Shown here: positions 59,490 through 64,000 of the stretch, one piece after another
Numbering within the stretch: position 1 is the first letter of the stretch
How the letters are laid out: every line of letters begins with the position of its first letter
From: Owenia fusiformis
Lineage: Eukaryota
DNA length: 64,000 nucleotides
NCBI GenBank assembly: GCA_903813345.2
Contig: CAIIXF020000001.1
Location: forward strand, 39,370,001-39,434,000
Direction: 5' to 3'
Translations under genes and position numbers: made by a program
The notes under the pieces: generated by a model
What the model saw: the letters and a program-made list of their open reading frames with translations, nothing else
What the model was told of the DNA's origin: nothing
Databases searched by the model: none

Positions 59490-62390
59490 CCCCCTCCATC
59501 TTCAACTTCATGTCACAATTGAACAGTCAAGTATGGCTCTTGAACATAATTAAATAGTCAAGTCAAGCTTGACCAAAATGAGACAGCCAAGCTAAGCTTG
59601 TTTAATGGTTGGATATAAGCTGAAGTTTACCTGAATGAAAAAAGTCAAGCTGAGCAAGGCCTGGTTGAAAACAAATGAGTCAATATTTTTTGAATGTGAA
59701 CAATCAAGTGAACCTTTTCTAAAATAGAAACCTAGATGTTTTGCACTATTAAAAGCTCATAAAATGAGGGGTTAGTGACTAGTGTGTGCAACAAGGATTA
59801 TGTGGCTTGTTAACTGGATATCATGGTGCTTATAGAGAGACTAGAACACTGTAGAATCGATGGCTCTTTGATTCGGGCCCACATGGAGCTATGTACATAC
59901 ACGCAGACAACGAGTCATGGATATAACAAATATGGGCACATCACCATATATAGATGACACTGTACACAATACAGCATCTTGAATGGGCCATAGTTGTAAT
60001 GGACTATTTGATCGATAGGCATTACTGGTAAAACCAGTGATTGTTATGTTTGAGTGAACCCTGGTATGGAACTACCAGATGTTGTCGATGAAGCGAATCA
60101 GGTAGAATTGCAGAAGCAATACGTGAATACTGAAGTGAGCTGCGCTGCTAGATAAATACAGGAGAATGAAATGTATAATGAAGCATCAAGCTCAATATAA
60201 AACCACACATATAGAGAAACCATGATTTATGAACATATAGTTAATGTTGTACAGTGCACATTGGTTATAATTCAGTGCTTATGTGTATTATATAAGATAC
60301 TTTACATGACATATATAGGAATGACAATCTTGGTGATTGAAATGTTCGGAGGGACAAAGTTGAGGAATGTTTTCAGCCATTTATGGCATATTAAGTTCAA
60401 TATTAGCAGAAAATGGAGGTTTAACCAAAGGAACACTTGGTCTAGTGTGAAATTGCCAATGAAGTTATGGGATAGCCTTTGAGCAGTGCTGGACTATATA
60501 CATTATACATATAGACTTTGTTTATATATACAGTGTATTGCATTGAGCGTCATCCAACGGCAATATATTGTGAATTTTGTATACAATTTTACTTTATAAT
60601 TTTATATGAATGTGACATTCTGTGTAATTCTAGAGGTATGTGTAATATTGTTGGATAAAATGGATATCCATATAACACAAATTACTTTAAAGATGATTCC
60701 AAGCAGAGTGGCTTATATCAAGCATACATGTACATGTAGTGATTCTAACATAAAACCAGACAAATCTTGTACTATCTAACCAATGAAATATAGTGTTCAT
60801 TCTGGATGAAATAATCCATTTTGATTTTACATTTATATGAGTAATATTTGCTTTTGTCACCAATGAAATATTTTAGTTAAATTCAGTATTTATTCAATGT
60901 AAATAATGTACAATGTATGTAGTAATGTACACATATATAAATTCTATAAAACCAGATTTTTAGTGAGTGGTTTTCCGTAAAATTAGAGAATCCTTATGTT
61001 AAGGAGGTCAAATGAAATTGAAGAATATTATATGGATAATGTAGTACTCTTGTATACCAATATTCAGTTCATGTTTTTCAGTTGTCAGTGTGAGTTTTAT
61101 GTTTTGGAAAGTATATACAGTACAGTATTGTGATAATCTTGTTAATTTGCTAGGTAGGCCTATACATACACAATGAAACATGAAGTCTTTAAGCATAATC
61201 AAGTCTGGATTTGTTCTCAATGATCATTATTTTAATAAAATATTGTTATCAATTTATTTAAAGGGAGAATGTCTGATTATTTACCAGTCCATTTGCATCT
61301 GAAGATACTTAATGGAATATTGCAAAAAAAATATTTTGTGTAATACTGTACTTCTTACTTATTGAAGATTTTGGTCAACAGATTTATAAATTTTTCATTC
61401 TGAAAAGTGAAATTCACATCTCAAAGAAAATAATTTTGCATTAAACCTACAAATTATTCTCCTCTGTACATGTATGTACCATTCCCACTTTAAAGATTTT
61501 ATAACAAATATTTTATAAAAGCTTGACAAGGTTCCAAGTATTTACAGATCTCAGTTTCATTTCTTCTGATTCATCAGGTTCTGTGTTTTAAAAATGTTCA
61601 TATGATCGGGTAGAAACATATTTAATACTACCAGATAATGTCTGCTTTGTCTTCCTGTAAACCTTCAATTTGTTAAACATCAAAGGTACTGTTCTGTTAA
61701 GCATGTATAATACTACCATGTATATGGAATCTATATTTTAAGTTGAAAAAAAATCATGTTTTCTGTAAGCATTGTACATTAGCATGTAATGTTTATGATA
61801 ATTATTATAATGTATATGAAGATATTCATCTCGCCTTATATAAGTACGGTAGAAGTTTTGCCTTTCTAAGATTCAATGTTTTAACAGCATTTTGCTTCTT
61901 AATGTTCTATCATTGTGCAATGAAATGTACTGCTTTCTTCAAACGTCATAAACCTGGGATTCACAGCCTCTATAACTGTATCACGTACACATCACTTTAG
62001 TGTAGGAATCTTCATTTCTAACCTTTTTTAGTTCTAAACTATTTCAGATTTACATTTGTTTAGAAGACAAATCATTTATTTATGATATAAGATTATTAAG
62101 TTGTACAGCTGTAGCAATCTCATAGATTTTTATGTTGACTGTAAGAACTTTTGTTTTTACTTTTTTATTTGGCTAATCTGTACTATTAGCTTTGGTGATG
62201 GGCATTTTGACCACCTCCCAGGTTTTGTCATTAGTCTCATATTCCTAGAATGTCGAATAATACATGGTATATTATTATGAGAAACAAGCTTTCACAAACA
62301 ACATGTAGCTCATTGCAACCTAGTGATTTATGTTTTGTTACCATTGACATCTGCATATATCAAATAAATACATCTGAATGAAATATATGA
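59490..62390 (+). other. Probable 3' UTR; candidate poly(A) signals AATAAA at 61234-61239 and 62363-62368
   Basis: AU-rich stretch with no recognisable TE after the stop, ending just before MITE debris; the end point is inferred. Confidence 0.5.
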
Positions 62391-62459
62391 ATTGAAAATT
62401 ATGTTATTTTATCTGGATTCTAAGTATAATTAATGAAGATGTTCAAAGTACAAAGTAAA

Positions 62460-62665
62460 GGGACCAAGTAAATGGGGCCCTGACCCCTCCCCCTTAGTGG
62501 GCCCAGAAATCTTTTATAGTTTTTAGGCACCAACATTTTGTAGTGCCTCTAAAAATGGGCGTTTTTGGGCACAATTTGGCCTTTTTAAGCCTTTTTTGGG
62601 CCAATTTATCAAACATAGACTCAAAATTTGTGCCCCCTCCTTGTTAATTTCTGGATCCGCCACTG
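62460..62665. mobile_element. Fragment of a CAGTGGCGGATC-type MITE (right end ctggatccgccactg)
   Basis: Terminus and gggccc motifs are shared with the adjacent element. Confidence 0.5.
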
Positions 62666-62759
62666 CCCATAATTGTCTTTTAAAAATGTATGGTTGATTT
62701 GTGAAATCGACGCCACAACTACTGTATTTGCACTTGTTTATTCATCTTTATTACACAAC

Positions 62760-63402
62760 CACTGGCGGATATGGGGGGGGGGGCCCAGGGGCCCGGGCCC
62801 CCCCCCCCTTGGGTGGGCCCAGAAAAAAAAATGTGTGCCCAAAAAAAATTTTGAGCCTCTTATTTGTTAATATTAGGCCAAATTTTTAAGAAAATGGGCC
62901 TCAAAATTTCAAAATTTGGGCCCACTTTTGGGTTTTTGGGGCCCAAAATTTTTTCCCGCGCAAGCGCGGAAATTTTTTTATCAGACCACAAGTTTGGGCC
63001 CCCCCCCCTTGTTTAGTATGTATCCAACAGACTGACTGAGAAGTCAGTCTGTTATGATGTACTACTTTCCTGTGGAAATTGCAGTGAAATTTTTTGCACA
63101 AAATTATCAATTAGAGGAAACATTTCTTCAATAAAATAAACATTACAAAATTTCAATTAAATAGTAAGGTACAATTAAATGCAATAAAAAGTATCACAGC
63201 ATATTGTCAAGTGGAAATAAAGCTAGTTGAAGTAACAAATGTGCAAATTAATTTTACCCAATCGGCCATTTTGAATAGCACTTCCTATGTGAACAAATAT
63301 TTATAATTACCAAACTTTAACATAGGTGCCTTATAGTCTGAATATAATTCAGACTAAATAGGATATAGTCTACCCCCTTGTTGGTTCCCAGATCCGCCCC
63401 TG
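62760..63402. mobile_element. MITE with CA(C/G)(T/G)GGCGGAT TIRs and G/C runs
   Basis: cactggcggatatggg ... cccagatccgcccctg; flanked by the direct repeat cacaac. Confidence 0.7.
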
Positions 63403-63843
63403 CACAACTATTGATAATTGACACCATCCTATGAAGCTAGACTTTTACTGCCTTTCATACATGTATGCTATACTTTACTGAACACAGCTGGCTCACGACT
63501 CAGCTCGATAGACGTAGAATAAGCTACTAAAGCTAGTATTCCCGTTTGCGGCGTTGTTTTTTTTTGTTATTGATGATCTGAATAATTGAATTGGTATCAA
63601 GTGCTGCCATCTTTGAAATGTATGAAACTTTAGTCATATATATTGGCATTTGAGAGTCATGCCATCTATTAATCCAATTTCTATGTGTATATTAAGTTTT
63701 TTCAGATAAATTAATAGTATTGAACAAATTGATTTGGTGTATTTAGTGATAAAATTGAAAAATTCAAACTTTTTTCGTTTTTATACAAGATTTTGACACA
63801 ATAACGTTTTAAATAAGCAAAAAGCCCTTAATCTCTCAGTTGT

Positions 63844-63915
63844 GGCTTGTTGGTCTAGGGGCATGATTCTCGCTTTGGGTGCGAGAGGTCCCGGGTTCGA
63901 ATCCCGGACAAGCCC
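63844..63915 (+). tRNA. tRNA-Pro(TGG)
   Basis: 72-nt cloverleaf: acceptor stem GGCTTGT/ACAAGCC, anticodon arm CTCGC-TTTGGGT-GCGAG, T-loop GTTCGAATC; TTTT terminator at 63921-63924. Confidence 0.95.
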
Positions 63916-63964
63916 GATTCTTTTGTTCCCGGGTTCGAATCCCGGACAAGCCCGATTCTTTTGT
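63889..63964 (+). repeat. Exact 38-bp tandem duplication of the tRNA 3' half plus terminator
   Basis: tcccgggttcgaatcccggacaagcccgattcttttgt at 63889-63926 and 63927-63964. Confidence 0.93.
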
Positions 63965-64000
63965 TTTATTTTGTCTTCAAGACAAGTGCTTTTGGTGACC

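Noticed and set aside
59487..59522. TAG-C stop context, possible readthrough
   Set aside because: Only 10 further codons before TGA, and the C-terminus already matches the conserved family end.

Overview
AT-rich genomic DNA from an animal, probably a marine invertebrate (lophotrochozoan-like; inference). Most of the window is the 3' part of one + strand gene encoding a LAR-family (type IIa; Lar/PTPRD/PTPRF/PTPRS) receptor protein tyrosine phosphatase. I traced 28 GT-AG exons from 447 to the stop at 59489 with consistent phases: 5366 nt, about 1788 aa. They encode Ig3, nine FN3 repeats, a membrane-proximal FN-like domain, a TM helix, catalytic PTP-D1 and D2. The signal peptide, Ig1 and Ig2 lie upstream of the window. 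Introns of 9-14 kb flank the FN4-FN6 exons and carry Helentron-associated (HINE-like) elements, a 9-bp-TSD MITE family and minisatellites; hAT- and Tc1/pogo-like MITEs sit in other introns. A tRNA-Pro(TGG) with a duplicated 3' half sits at the right end. The most interesting signals concern isoform control: (i) an in-frame ATG in a strong Kozak context encoding a signal-peptide-like N-terminus fused to FN4 (a candidate internal-promoter short receptor); (ii) frame-preserving micro-exon candidates of 12, 9, 24 and 36 nt, two of them enclosed by complementary intronic arms carrying UGC/UGCAUG motifs; (iii) inverted homologous repeats flanking the FN4 exon. All isoform claims are predictions from sequence alone.
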